Shown: positions 1-10,063 of the stretch, piece after piece
Position numbering within the stretch: position 1 is the first letter of the stretch
How the letters are laid out: each line of letters opens with the position of its first letter
Source: an uncultured delta proteobacterium
Lineage (GTDB): Bacteria; Myxococcota_A; Polyangia; Fen-1088
DNA length: 64,000 bases
Reading direction: 5' to 3'
NCBI GenBank assembly: GCA_963767925.1
Contig: CAVYGB010000010.1
Span: 1,632,001-1,696,000 of the forward strand
Position numbers and translations under genes: made by a program
The notes under the pieces: model-generated
What the model saw: only the letters and a program-made list of their open reading frames with translations
What the model was told of the DNA's origin: nothing
Databases searched by the model: none

Positions 1-70
1 CCAGCCTTGCGGTTTCAACCCGGCAAGCCGGGTATAAAGTTCCATTACAGCGAGTTACGTAAGGGAGCCT

Positions 71-445
71 ATGAAGTCAGAAGAGTGCGTTCTGGTCGTG
101 GACGACGACGACGGGATCCGGGAGGCCCTCGTCGAGCTGCTGGCCGACGCCGGGCACCCCGCGGTGAGCGTCGCCAACGGTCAGGCCGCCCTCGACTACC
201 TGCGCAGCTCGCGCCAGCGGCCCTGCCTGATCCTGCTCGACCTGATGATGCCGATCATGGACGGCGAGACCTTCCGCCGGCTGCAGCTCGCCGATCCCAA
301 CCTGCGCGGCATCCCGGTGGTCGTGTTGACGGCGGCGGGGCGGGAGGCGGCGGCACGGGTGCCGGCCGACGGGATCTTGCTCAAGCCGGTGACGCTGGAC
401 GACACCCTGGCAGCGATCGAGCGGCATTGCCCCTGCGCGGCTTAG
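71..445 (+). CDS. Single-domain response regulator (CheY-like receiver)
   Basis: VLVVDDD, LLDLMMP (phospho-Asp), VVVLTA and LLKP motifs; GGAG upstream. Confidence 0.9.
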   Translation: MKSEECVLVVDDDDGIREALVELLADAGHPAVSVANGQAALDYLRSSRQRPCLILLDLMMPIMDGETFRRLQLADPNLRGIPVVVLTAAGREAAARVPADGILLKPVTLDDTLAAIERHCPCAA

Positions 446-485
446 GGCGCTGAGCCCACCCGCGCAACAACCGGAGCCCCTCCGG

Positions 486-1874
486 CTACTGCATCATGGG
501 GCGGGCGTCGACTTCGTTCTGGGGGATGGGGAACTTGTCGTGGATGCGGTGGGCGGGGAGGTCGGCGGTGGCGGTGGGGCGGTCGTTGGGGAGCTGGTCG
601 AGGCGGTTGTGGCGGCGCATGTCGAGCCAGCGGTGCCCCCCCTCGAAGAGCAGCGAATAGAAGCGCTGCTTGAGGATCTCGTCGAGGACGTTGACCATCG
701 TGAGATCGGTGCGGGGGGCGAGCCCGCCCGACTGCACGCGGATGAAGTTGAGGTCGGCGGTCGCCTGGGTGAGGTTCCCCATGGCGGCGCTGGCCTCGGC
801 CCGCAGCAGGATCAGCTCCTCGTTGCGGATGATGGCGATCTTGGCGGCCGGCGTGTTGTAGAGGGTGAAGGCCTCGTTGGAGGTCAGGCCCCGCACCGTC
901 TGGGACTCCTCCAGCACGACGACCTTGCGCGCCACCCGCAGGTCGACCCCGCCGTTGGCCTGCATCTCGGCCCCGGCCCGCACCGAGGGGTGGACGAACA
1001 GGTTGGGGTCGTTGAGGGGGTTGATCTGGTCGCCCGGGCCGATGCCGTAGGCGTGGAAGATCCCCCGGTCCAGGTTGGGCGCCATCACATCGGCGCTGAG
1101 GAACGACTCGCCGAGCGCGACGAGCGCGCCCGCGTTGTCCCCGGTGTAGACGTCGACCCGGGCCTTGAGGGCCCGGTTGGCCTGCAGGAAGGTCGCCGGC
1201 GTGTCGAACCCGGCGTAGCCGCTACCCAGCGAGAAGGGGAAGGCCATCCCACCCGCCAGCAGGTGGGTCTTGGCCTCGTCGAGCAGCCGCTCGATCTCGG
1301 CGAAGATGGCGTCTTTCCCGAGGATGGGATCGAGGGCCCGCAGGTCGGTGCTCACCTGGATGACGCCGCCGTTCGTGTCGTGGGTGTTGATCACCTCGAG
1401 GTACTGCGTCGCCATGATGGTCTTGGTGAAGCCGCGGGCCGCCTCCTTCTGGGCGTCCTCCAGCCCCACCACGGCGTCGATGGCCTTCAGCAAGATGTTG
1501 CCGTTGCGGATGTTCTTGTAGGGGTTCTCCCAGAAGTTGCCGCCGTACACCCGGTTGCCCGGGTTGAGGCTGCCCTCGAGCATCTCGGTGATGAAGCGGG
1601 GGTCGGATCCGTCGAAGTTGTACGACTCCCGGCCGAGGATGCCGAGGTGGGACACGTAGCCGTTGGTGGCTCCGATGTCCGTGCGGGCCTCGACCAGCAT
1701 GCCGGTGGCGGCGGCCGCGATGCTGGACGGGGTGGGGTTGTTCTGGAACTCGTCGAGCCCCGGATCGTTCAGGTCGGGAACGTCGAGGCTGCCACAGGCA
1801 GCCAGACCCGACCCGGTTACCAGGGCGGCCAGGACCGCTACCCGAGGCATCCGGACATGGTTGCGCGTGTTCAT
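486..1874 (-). CDS. RagB/SusD family outer-membrane lipoprotein
   Basis: Start MNTRNH with GGAG RBS; lipobox LAAC; C-terminal RNEELILLRAEA and EGGHRWLDMRR motifs; directly downstream of SusC. Confidence 0.88.
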   Translation of the reverse strand: MNTRNHVRMPRVAVLAALVTGSGLAACGSLDVPDLNDPGLDEFQNNPTPSSIAAAATGMLVEARTDIGATNGYVSHLGILGRESYNFDGSDPRFITEMLEGSLNPGNRVYGGNFWENPYKNIRNGNILLKAIDAVVGLEDAQKEAARGFTKTIMATQYLEVINTHDTNGGVIQVSTDLRALDPILGKDAIFAEIERLLDEAKTHLLAGGMAFPFSLGSGYAGFDTPATFLQANRALKARVDVYTGDNAGALVALGESFLSADVMAPNLDRGIFHAYGIGPGDQINPLNDPNLFVHPSVRAGAEMQANGGVDLRVARKVVVLEESQTVRGLTSNEAFTLYNTPAAKIAIIRNEELILLRAEASAAMGNLTQATADLNFIRVQSGGLAPRTDLTMVNVLDEILKQRFYSLLFEGGHRWLDMRRHNRLDQLPNDRPTATADLPAHRIHDKFPIPQNEVDARPMMQ

Positions 1875-1891
1875 GTACCTGTCTCCTCGCC

Positions 1892-4813
1892 TCAGAAGCC
1901 CGCCGTGATCGAGAACCAGAAGCTGCGACTGGGCGGATAAGGCGCCACGTCGATGTTCCTGGCGATCGGCTGGTTGCCGAAGTTGCTCACCTCGGGGTCG
2001 AGGCCGGTGTAGTCGGTGATGGTGAAGAGGTTGCGCGCGGCGATGCTGAGGCGGGCAGTCTTCATGGGGGCCAGCTCGCCGATCCAGGTCGGGGGCAGGT
2101 CGAAGTGGGCCTCGATCTCCCGCAGCTTGAGGAAGCTGGCGTCCTCGATGTAGACGCCCGCGTCGGTGGGCTGGCGCATGAGCCGATCCCGCCCGCCGGT
2201 GGTGAAGTCGGCGCTGTTCGAGCCGAGGTCGTAGAGGAACTTCGTCAGGTTGATGATGTTGCTGCCCTTTTGCCAGTCGAGCAACGCCGAGATCCCGAAG
2301 CGCCCCCAGGTGACCCCCTGGAAGAAGGTCATCCGGAAGTCGGGCTCGCCGTCGCCCAGCTTGCGCAGCTCGCAACACTCGCCGTTGGGCAGCAGGCCCT
2401 GCGACCCCACGATCTGGGTGGCCGACTGGCCCCGCTCGATGCGGAAGGAACCCAGCCCGGCCCCGAACCCCCCGGTCTGGAAGGCGGGGACCGGCAGGTC
2501 GATGATCTTGCTCCGGTTCATCGAGAAGATCGTGCGGGTCAGCCACTCGAAGGAGCCGCTGCGCACGGGCGAGGCCTGCAACATCGCCTCGAACCCCCGG
2601 TTGCGCAGCACGCCCCCGTTGATGTAGGCGTTGAGGAAGCCGGTCGAGTTGGCCACCTGCTGCTCGAGCAAGAGGTCGCTGATGGTCTTCTGGTAGACCG
2701 ACAGCTCGAGCACGCCCCGCCCGTCGAAGGCGATGGCGTCGATGCCGAAGTCGAACTCCCGCTGCCGCTCGGGCCGGATATCGGGGTTGCCGAGCACGCC
2801 GCGCAGCCGCTGGGCCGAGGCCCCCTCGAGGTTCGCCTGGACGGTGAGGGGGGTGAACTTCTGGGCGTAGCGGGGCTGGTTGCCCGACTCGCCGTAGGCC
2901 AGGCGCAGCCGGAACAGCTCGAGGCTGGTGGGCATGCCGGGCAGCGAATAGGAGACCTGGCCCTTGGGGAAGAACAGGACGTCGTCCGGATCGCCGGCGG
3001 TGCTGCTCTGCTCGGCCCGGACGGCCCCCAGCAGCGAGAGGCGCTGCTCGAGCAGGAGGGCCTCCTCCTGCAGGTAGATGCCCCGGTCGCGCACGAGCTG
3101 GCGGTTCTCGGTGAGGGTGACGTTGGTGCCGGTGTCGATGTTGGGCCGCCCGGCCCCCCGGCTGGCGATGTAGACCACGTCCAGGTCGCGCTGCTCGAGC
3201 TGGATGCCGAGCGAGGTGGCGGTGGAGAACCCGTTGCCGGTGAAGCGGTGCAAGAGCCCGGTCGAGAAGTTGAGGTTCTGGTTGTCGCCGTTGGTGTCGA
3301 GGGCGCTGCCGGGGAAGCCGTCGGCCGGCTCGAAGTTGAGGTCGGGCGGGAAGAACAGCTTGTTCTGCTGCTGGAACTGATCGACCCCGAAGTTCGTCAT
3401 CAACATGAGGAGCTGCCGCTCGCTCGTGTACAGCACGAGGCTGGCGTTGGCCGAGGCGATCATGCGCCAGACCACCTCGTCGATGCGGGCCAGGGTGGCG
3501 GTCTGCAGCGGGTTGTTGGTGCTGCCGATGAAGGGGTTGACCGGGAAGGTGCCGTCGGGCCGGCGCTGCAGATCGAGGAAGCTCGGCGTGAAGGGCAGGG
3601 TCATGTAGTGGGCCACGCCGGCGTTGTCGTTGTTGTTCAGGCCGCGCTGGGCCTGCGAGCGGATCATGTTGGCCGTGAAGCCGACCCGCAGCCGCGGCCC
3701 CAGGGCGGCGTCGACCGCCAGGCGGCCCGCCTGCTTCTCGTAGCCGGTGCCGATCATGATGCCCGGATCGTTGCGCTGAGTGAGCGAGGCGTAATAGGTG
3801 AGGTCGCGGGTGCCGCCGGCCAGGTTGACGATGGTCTCGTTGGCCAGGGGGTTGCGGCCGGCGAGCTCCTCCTCGTGGTCGTAGGTGCCGCCCAGCTGGT
3901 AGGCGGCCGCGCCCTGCTCGCCGAAGGCCTCCATGGCCTCCTCGGCGCTGGTGAAGATGCGGGACCCCAGCTTGTTGGAGAGCTGGTAGGTGCCGAAGCG
4001 CTGGGTGACGGTGGCCCGCGCGCCCCCGGGGGTGCCGCGCTTGGTGGTGATGATGACGACGCCGTTGGCCGCCTTGGAGCCGTAGAGGGCCGAGGCGGAG
4101 GCGCCCTTGAGCACCTCGATGCTCTCGATGTCGTTGGTGTTGAGGTCGGCGATGCGGTTGACCTGATCGTCCTGGGTCGACACCGCGCTCGAGCCGGCCG
4201 CCGACTGGGTGACGGCCGAGATGCCGTTGGGGATGGCCACGTTGCTGACGATGACCCCGTCGACGACGAACAGCGGCTCGGTCTGGCCGGTGATGGTGGA
4301 GACCCCGCGCAGCCGCACCTGCAGGCCGCCGCCCGGCGCGCCCGAGTTGGCCTGCACGTTGGCCCCGGCCAGCTTGGACTGCATGGCGCTGTCGATGGTC
4401 TGGGCCGAGACGCGGTTGAGATCTTCGGCCCGCACCACCGAGGCGCCGTTGGCCAGGTTCTGCTTGGCGATGACGGGCGCCCGCTCGTTGAGCACGACGT
4501 CGGTGACGACCGGGGTGATCGTCGCCGTGACCTCGGTCTGGGTGGCCGCCACCGCGACCTCCTTGGGGGCGTGGGCCGGGCCCATCACCTCGAGGATGAC
4601 CGGCCCCTCGGGCACGCCCGGGATGCTGAAGCGGCCATCGGCTTCGGTGATGGCCGAGCTGTCGCGGCCGCGGACCAGGATGACGGCCCCCTGGACCGGC
4701 TCCCCCGAGCCCGCCTCCCTCACCACCCCCGTGATCGTCCGTTCCTGGGCGCGTGCGAGCCCTGCTGGCAAGAGGAGAAGAACCCCCAACAGAAACGTGG
4801 CAACGCGGACCAT
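1892..4813 (-). CDS. SusC/RagA family TonB-dependent transporter
   Basis: Signal peptide, N-terminal carboxypeptidase-regulatory-like domain, PLFVVDG and IESIEVLKGASASALYGSKAANGVVIITTKRG plug signature, terminal Phe; AGGAG RBS before ATG 4813. Confidence 0.93.
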   Translation of the reverse strand: MVRVATFLLGVLLLLPAGLARAQERTITGVVREAGSGEPVQGAVILVRGRDSSAITEADGRFSIPGVPEGPVILEVMGPAHAPKEVAVAATQTEVTATITPVVTDVVLNERAPVIAKQNLANGASVVRAEDLNRVSAQTIDSAMQSKLAGANVQANSGAPGGGLQVRLRGVSTITGQTEPLFVVDGVIVSNVAIPNGISAVTQSAAGSSAVSTQDDQVNRIADLNTNDIESIEVLKGASASALYGSKAANGVVIITTKRGTPGGARATVTQRFGTYQLSNKLGSRIFTSAEEAMEAFGEQGAAAYQLGGTYDHEEELAGRNPLANETIVNLAGGTRDLTYYASLTQRNDPGIMIGTGYEKQAGRLAVDAALGPRLRVGFTANMIRSQAQRGLNNNDNAGVAHYMTLPFTPSFLDLQRRPDGTFPVNPFIGSTNNPLQTATLARIDEVVWRMIASANASLVLYTSERQLLMLMTNFGVDQFQQQNKLFFPPDLNFEPADGFPGSALDTNGDNQNLNFSTGLLHRFTGNGFSTATSLGIQLEQRDLDVVYIASRGAGRPNIDTGTNVTLTENRQLVRDRGIYLQEEALLLEQRLSLLGAVRAEQSSTAGDPDDVLFFPKGQVSYSLPGMPTSLELFRLRLAYGESGNQPRYAQKFTPLTVQANLEGASAQRLRGVLGNPDIRPERQREFDFGIDAIAFDGRGVLELSVYQKTISDLLLEQQVANSTGFLNAYINGGVLRNRGFEAMLQASPVRSGSFEWLTRTIFSMNRSKIIDLPVPAFQTGGFGAGLGSFRIERGQSATQIVGSQGLLPNGECCELRKLGDGEPDFRMTFFQGVTWGRFGISALLDWQKGSNIINLTKFLYDLGSNSADFTTGGRDRLMRQPTDAGVYIEDASFLKLREIEAHFDLPPTWIGELAPMKTARLSIAARNLFTITDYTGLDPEVSNFGNQPIARNIDVAPYPPSRSFWFSITAGF

Positions 4814-5232
4814 TCGTTCTCCTTTCACTCCGGCCGAGCGCTGGAAGCGCCTGGATCGCTCACGCCGGCCACGAAACAGACGAAGAGGGATGTCGTTAAC
4901 TAACACAGGATCCCGATCGGACATCGCCAGATTCAGCGATCGTATTGACAGGCGCCTACCGCACGCAAGTTTTGTCCCTGCGCTGAGGTGCGTTTGTTCC
5001 CTACTGCGCGATTCAGCGGGCGAGCGCGCCCACAGATCGAACAAGCGCCGCTGGCTCCGGCGCGCGCGAGCTTGCCCGCCCAGATAAGTGGGGAAGCTCG
5101 ACGAGCGCCGCCGCCTCCAGCCGTCGCGCCTTCAGTGAAAACCCCCGGTCGCGGGAGCGGCCGGCACTGGCGCCGGCAGGCACCGGTACCACCTTGTGGG
5201 AAGGCAACCTTGCCGCTCAAGGAGAAACGAAG

Positions 5233-5487
5233 ATGAGCCTGTTGTGGATGTTGATCGTTGGTCTGGTGGTCGGGGCCCTGGCGAAGCTGTTCATGCCTGG
5301 CCGCGATCCCGGTGGAATCATCGTGACCATGCTGCTGGGCGTGGTCGGTGCCTTCGTGGCCGGCTACGGCGGCCGCGCGCTCGGCGTCTACGGCCCGGGG
5401 CAGACCCCCGGCATCATCGCCTCCATCCTGGGCGCGATGGCCTTGCTCCTGATCTACCGCCTGGTCGCGCGGCGACGGACCATCTAG
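5233..5487 (+). CDS. GlsB/YeaQ/YmgE family (transglycosylase-associated) small membrane protein
   Basis: LAKLFMPGRDPGG motif, three hydrophobic segments, AGGAG RBS. Confidence 0.88.
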   Translation: MSLLWMLIVGLVVGALAKLFMPGRDPGGIIVTMLLGVVGAFVAGYGGRALGVYGPGQTPGIIASILGAMALLLIYRLVARRRTI

Positions 5488-5586
5488 CGGACCAGGGAAC
5501 CTGCGCCCTGGCGTCCTCCTCGAGCGAGTGACCGCCGGGGAGGGCGACGCGGGGGATCGGTCCGGGTCGGCCCGGGCCGCGGGATC

Positions 5587-6684
5587 TCAACGTTTGCGGC
5601 GGCCGAAGAAGCCGCTGCGGGGGCGCGGCGGATCGGCGGGCGTCGAGGGGTCGAGCTCGGCGTAGGCCCGGAGGCGGGCCTCCTGCTCGGCGGTCAGCTT
5701 GCGGGGAACCTGCAGGGCGAAGTGCACGTGCAGGTCGCCCTGCCCCCGCTCGCGCAGGCGAGGCAGCCCGCGGCCGCGCAGGGTGACGACGTCGCCGGGC
5801 TGGGTGCCCGCGTCCACCTCGATCTCCTGCTCGCCGGTGAGGGTGGGGACGGAGACCCGGCTGCCGAGGGCGGCCTGGGCGAAGCTGATGTTGACCTCGG
5901 CGTGCAGGTCGGCGCCGTCCCGCTCGAAGCGGGGATCGGCCGCCACGTGGATGGCGACGTAGAGGTTGCCGGGTCGCCCGCCGCGCGGTGAGACCTGGCC
6001 CCGGCCGCCGACGCGCAAAGTGGCCCCGTCCTCCACCCCGGCCGGGATGCTGACCGAGAGGCCCTCCTCGACCAGGACCATGCCCGAGCCCTCGCAGGCG
6101 GGGCAGACCTTGCGGATCACCTTGCCCTCGCCGCGGCAGCGCGCGCAGGTGGTGGTGATCATGAGGAAGCCCTGCGAGTGCACCACCTGGCCCCGGCCGC
6201 GGCACTGCGGGCAGGTCTCCGGCTCGGTGCCGGGCGCGGCCCCCGAGCCGCGGCACTCCTCGCAGGACGCTTGCCGGCGGTAGCGCACCTCGCGCGTCAC
6301 GCCGGTGGCGGCCTCCTGCAGGGTCAGCTCGACCGCGGTCTCGATGTCGGCGCCAGCCGAGGGGCCACGCATGCCGCCGAACAGGTCGCCGAAGATGTCG
6401 GAGAAGGCGGAGAAGACGTCGCCCACGTCGCGGAAGCCGCCCCCCAGGCCCCCCCGCTCGGGGCCGGCGTGGCCGAAGCGGTCGTAGAGCGCCCGCTTCT
6501 CCGGGTCGCTGAGCACCGAGTAGGCCTCGGCGGCCTCCTTGAACCGCGACTCCGCCTCGTTGTCGTTCGGGTTGCGGTCGGGGTGGAACTGGACCGCCAG
6601 CTTGCGGTAGGCCCGCTTCAGGTCGGTCGCTTCGGCGTTCTGCGGTACACCCAGAACCTCGTAGTAGTCGCGCTTCTCACTCAC
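5587..6684 (-). CDS. dnaJ: Chaperone DnaJ
   Basis: J-domain with HPD, G/F region, four CxxCxGxG repeats, C-terminal domain. Confidence 0.95.
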   Translation of the reverse strand: MSEKRDYYEVLGVPQNAEATDLKRAYRKLAVQFHPDRNPNDNEAESRFKEAAEAYSVLSDPEKRALYDRFGHAGPERGGLGGGFRDVGDVFSAFSDIFGDLFGGMRGPSAGADIETAVELTLQEAATGVTREVRYRRQASCEECRGSGAAPGTEPETCPQCRGRGQVVHSQGFLMITTTCARCRGEGKVIRKVCPACEGSGMVLVEEGLSVSIPAGVEDGATLRVGGRGQVSPRGGRPGNLYVAIHVAADPRFERDGADLHAEVNISFAQAALGSRVSVPTLTGEQEIEVDAGTQPGDVVTLRGRGLPRLRERGQGDLHVHFALQVPRKLTAEQEARLRAYAELDPSTPADPPRPRSGFFGRRKR

Positions 6685-6833
6685 CGTCGTTCAACGTAGG
6701 AAACAGCACCCATTGGTGCCCGTCAATTGTAGTGCCGCACGGGTCGATGCGCGAGCCCGGCGCAGCGTCACACATCGGGGGCGGCTCTAAACCCTTGTGG
6801 TGCAAGGGCGACCCGCTCCATACTTCCGTCGCC

Positions 6834-7358
6834 ATGCGCTGGCTTGCATCTATCCTGGTCGCCGGATTGCTTGGTGGTGGGCTCGGGCTGGGGTGCGGCA
6901 AGACGGTCTACCGGTCACACGAGGGCCAGTACTGCAGCAGCACCGAGGGAGACGACCCCTACTTCGAGTGCTCTCCCTCTTACGACCTGATCTGCATCAA
7001 CACCTATGCGGAGCAGGTCCTCCAGCCGGGCAACGCGCCGCCCAGCTTCACCGAGATCTTCCTGTGCCGGCTGGCCTGCGAGGAGGGCCAGCGCTGTCCG
7101 GACACCAAGGACGTCTGCTGCAAGGGTCCCGTCTACGGGCGGGACTACGGCAAGACCCACGCCTGTGTCCCCGCCGGCATGTGCCAGACGGTCGACCCCC
7201 CCGACGCCGGGCCCGACACCCGGCGGGACACGGCGGCCGCATCCCCCGATGCTCCGGTGGACGCCCCCGAGCAGCAGCCCGACGCCGCCACCAGCGCCGT
7301 GGAGGCCGGCGCCAGCGCGGCGGATGCCGCCGCCGCCCCCGACGGCGCGGGCAACTGA
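6834..7358 (+). CDS. Cys-rich lipoprotein, unknown function
   Basis: MRWLASILVAGLLGGGLGLGC signal with lipobox; many Cys; low-complexity tail. Confidence 0.7.
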   Translation: MRWLASILVAGLLGGGLGLGCGKTVYRSHEGQYCSSTEGDDPYFECSPSYDLICINTYAEQVLQPGNAPPSFTEIFLCRLACEEGQRCPDTKDVCCKGPVYGRDYGKTHACVPAGMCQTVDPPDAGPDTRRDTAAASPDAPVDAPEQQPDAATSAVEAGASAADAAAAPDGAGN

Positions 7359-7368
7359 GCGCGTCGCC

Positions 7369-7737
7369 ATGAAACACAGTCCCGGGTTCCTCCAGCTCGT
7401 GACGGCGGCGAAGCGGGGGATCCGCGAATGCACGGTGGCCGACGTGAAGGCCCGCCTCGACCGCGGCGACCGCTTCGCCCTGATCGACGTGCGCGAGGAG
7501 AGCGAATTCGCCGGGGGACGGGCGCCGGGGGCCCGCCACATCGGCCGCGGCGTGCTCGAGCGCGACGTGGAGGCCCTGATCCCCGATCCCGAGGCGGACA
7601 TCGTCCTTTATTGCGGCGGCGGGTACCGCTCGGCCCTGGCGGCCGAGAGCCTGCAGAAGATGGGCTACCGCCGGGTGATCTCGATGGACGGCGGCTACCG
7701 GGCCTGGCTGGAAGCCGGCTACCCCACCGAGAAGTAG
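7369..7737 (+). CDS. Rhodanese-like sulfurtransferase
   Basis: LIDVREESEF and YCGGGYRS active-site loop. Confidence 0.9.
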   Translation: MKHSPGFLQLVTAAKRGIRECTVADVKARLDRGDRFALIDVREESEFAGGRAPGARHIGRGVLERDVEALIPDPEADIVLYCGGGYRSALAAESLQKMGYRRVISMDGGYRAWLEAGYPTEK

Positions 7738-7772
7738 GGCCCCCGCGCCGCCTGCCTGGAGGACGTTCCCGC

Positions 7773-8360
7773 GTGCCCCGCCGGTTCCCCGACGACCCCC
7801 TGCCCTTCACGCTCCTCGAACGCGAGTACCTGTTTCGCAAGCCGCCCTGGCTGGTGCTGCGCCGGGATCACCTGCGCCTGCCGGGGGGGCGCGAGATCCC
7901 CGAATATTTCGTCTCGGAGTTCCCGCCCTGGGCCAACGTCGTGGCGGTCACCCCCGCCGACGAGCTGGTGATGGTGCGGCAGTACCGGCCCGGCATCGGC
8001 GCCGTGCACTTCGAGCTCCCGGCCGGGGTGATCGACGACAAGGACGCCGACTTCGAGGCGGCCGCCCGGCGCGAGCTGCTCGAGGAGACCGGCTACGGCG
8101 GCGGGCGCTGGTCGCCGCTGCTGACCCTCTCGGCGAACCCGGCCCTGCAGACCAACCTGACCCACAGCTTCCTGGCGGAGGGGGTGACCGCCCTGCACCG
8201 CCCCGATCCCGACGCCACCGAGGACCTGCGGGTCCACCTGGTGCCGGTAGCCGAGCTGCGCGCCCTGCTCGACGGCGGGGAGATGGTGCAGGCCCTTCAC
8301 GCCGCTCCCCTCCTGCGTTACCTCCTGCAGCGCGCCGGCGGCGCGGCCGGCCCTACTTGA
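7773..8360 (+). CDS. NUDIX hydrolase (ADP-ribose pyrophosphatase-like)
   Basis: ELPAG...AARRELLEETG Nudix box; GGAGG before GTG 7773. Confidence 0.88.
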   Translation: MPRRFPDDPLPFTLLEREYLFRKPPWLVLRRDHLRLPGGREIPEYFVSEFPPWANVVAVTPADELVMVRQYRPGIGAVHFELPAGVIDDKDADFEAAARRELLEETGYGGGRWSPLLTLSANPALQTNLTHSFLAEGVTALHRPDPDATEDLRVHLVPVAELRALLDGGEMVQALHAAPLLRYLLQRAGGAAGPT

Positions 8361-9834
8361 CCATCAGGCGGTAGTCGAAGGTGACGCCCCGGGAGGCCGG
8401 GAAGACGGCGGCCTTGAGCTTGTCCTCGACACAGCCGGCGGTCGGCGTGTTGGCGAGCGGACCGCGGACGACGGCCGCGGCGACGCCCCCCTCGGGCGCG
8501 ACCTCCACCCGTACGTCGGCGCCGCCCTGCTGCCCGTGGCGGCGGTAGCACTCGTTCATCGTCTTCTGGACGTCTTTCATCACTGTCGTGATGTCGTTGC
8601 GGGTCAGCGGCGGCTTGGCGGCCTCCTTGGCGGCCAGGGCAGCCTCGCCGCGCTCGCGGGCGGGGGGCCGGGGACCCTCGACCTCGGGGGCCCGCCGGGT
8701 CGCGGCGCCGGCTGCCCCGGCGCCCCGGCCGGGACCGGCGCTCGACCGGGCGTCGACCACGGCGGAGGCCATCAAGCGGTCGAGCTCGTCGCCCGAGCGC
8801 ATCGCCTCACCCACCGCGGAGCGCTTCTCCTCGGCGGGAGGCGCGGCCGGTGCGACCGCCTCGGCGGCGGGGGCGGCGGCGGCAGGGGTCTCGGCCGGCG
8901 CGGCGGCCTCGGCCGGCGCTCGGCGCCGCTCGGCCTTCTGGACCGCCGCGGCCCTGGCTTGAGCCTGGGCCTGCTGGGCCAGGGCCATCGCCCGGGCCTT
9001 GCGTTGGGCCTTCGCCCTGCGGGCCGGTGGAGGCTCCGCGGGGGGCGGCGATTCGTCGCCGAAGGTGACAACCGGATCGTCGAAGCGCTGGCGGCCGCCC
9101 ATGCCCCGCACCGAGGCGCCCCGGCGGGCCGCTGCCCGCGGTCGCTGGGTCATGGCCGCCGGACCGCGGGTCCGCGGCATCCCGATCTCGCGCACGAAGC
9201 GGCGGTTGCCGGTCGCCCGCTGCAGGGCGGGCTTGACCCCGGGCTCGGCGGGGGCGCCGGGCCGCACGGGCAGCGGCGTGACCTCGGGCCGGTTGGCGCC
9301 GGCCGCGGGCTCACCCGGAGGGGTCGCAGCGACGGGCGCGGTCGGCGTAGCCGTGGGGCCCGCGGCCGGGGCGGCCGGCATCCCGGAGGGCGCGGTCGAG
9401 GTGAGGAGGCCGTAACGCTCGGCCACGCCGCGGACGCCCGCCTCCACCCCGGTGAGCCGGGCGTGGATCCAGGGCACCGACGGGCGCAGGAAATAGGTCA
9501 CGCCACCGGCGAGGAACAGCAGCAGCACGAAACGAAGCCCCCAGTGGGGCTTGCCCGGCCGGCGGGGGCGCGCGGGCCCCGGGATCGCGACCGGCGCGTA
9601 GGACCCGGTTCGTCGCGGGACCGACCCGGACATCGCCGGGTTCATGGCCGGGTTCATGGCCGGGTTCATCTGGGGGTTCCAGGTCACGCCGGAGGCGGAG
9701 CCTGACTGCGCCGGCATCACCCCGCTCTCGCGAACTTGTATCGAAGAGGTAGAGCGGATGTTGCTATGCGGACGCGACACCACCGGTCCATTGCCCGCCC
9801 ACGGTGATTGTGTGCCTCTTGGTGGGAAGGCCAT
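8353..9834 (-). CDS. Membrane-anchored Pro/Ala-rich protein with C-terminal AgmX/PglI-like (TonB-C-like) domain
   Basis: One TM segment (FVLLLFLAGGVTYFL), long disordered linker, C-terminal ECY...GC..LK...FP...YRL domain. Confidence 0.6.
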   Translation of the reverse strand: MAFPPRGTQSPWAGNGPVVSRPHSNIRSTSSIQVRESGVMPAQSGSASGVTWNPQMNPAMNPAMNPAMSGSVPRRTGSYAPVAIPGPARPRRPGKPHWGLRFVLLLFLAGGVTYFLRPSVPWIHARLTGVEAGVRGVAERYGLLTSTAPSGMPAAPAAGPTATPTAPVAATPPGEPAAGANRPEVTPLPVRPGAPAEPGVKPALQRATGNRRFVREIGMPRTRGPAAMTQRPRAAARRGASVRGMGGRQRFDDPVVTFGDESPPPAEPPPARRAKAQRKARAMALAQQAQAQARAAAVQKAERRRAPAEAAAPAETPAAAAPAAEAVAPAAPPAEEKRSAVGEAMRSGDELDRLMASAVVDARSSAGPGRGAGAAGAATRRAPEVEGPRPPARERGEAALAAKEAAKPPLTRNDITTVMKDVQKTMNECYRRHGQQGGADVRVEVAPEGGVAAAVVRGPLANTPTAGCVEDKLKAAVFPASRGVTFDYRLMVK

Positions 9835-10063
9835 GGGCCGTATATTGGCCGGGATTCAGGCCCAATTGCGATACTTTTTCATCACCGATGTTGATTTTTC
9901 CACAGGTGGGAGCACAGCGTAGGGACCCCGGATCCCAGCGCGCCGCGCGAGTGCATTTCGCGGGATTGTTAACAAACAGCCCGTGACAACCAGGCCGGTC
10001 CGGCGACTCCGGGACGACGTCCGGGGCGACGGCTGGGTCGCCGCGGACGCGCAGCGAGGAGGC

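Noticed and set aside
9635..9670. 12-bp coding tandem (NPAM) and similar Pro-rich repeats in tex and ThuA
   Set aside because: Ordinary low-complexity linker slippage
9966..9975. TTGTTAACAA palindrome as an operator
   Set aside because: Single 10-bp occurrence with no supporting context
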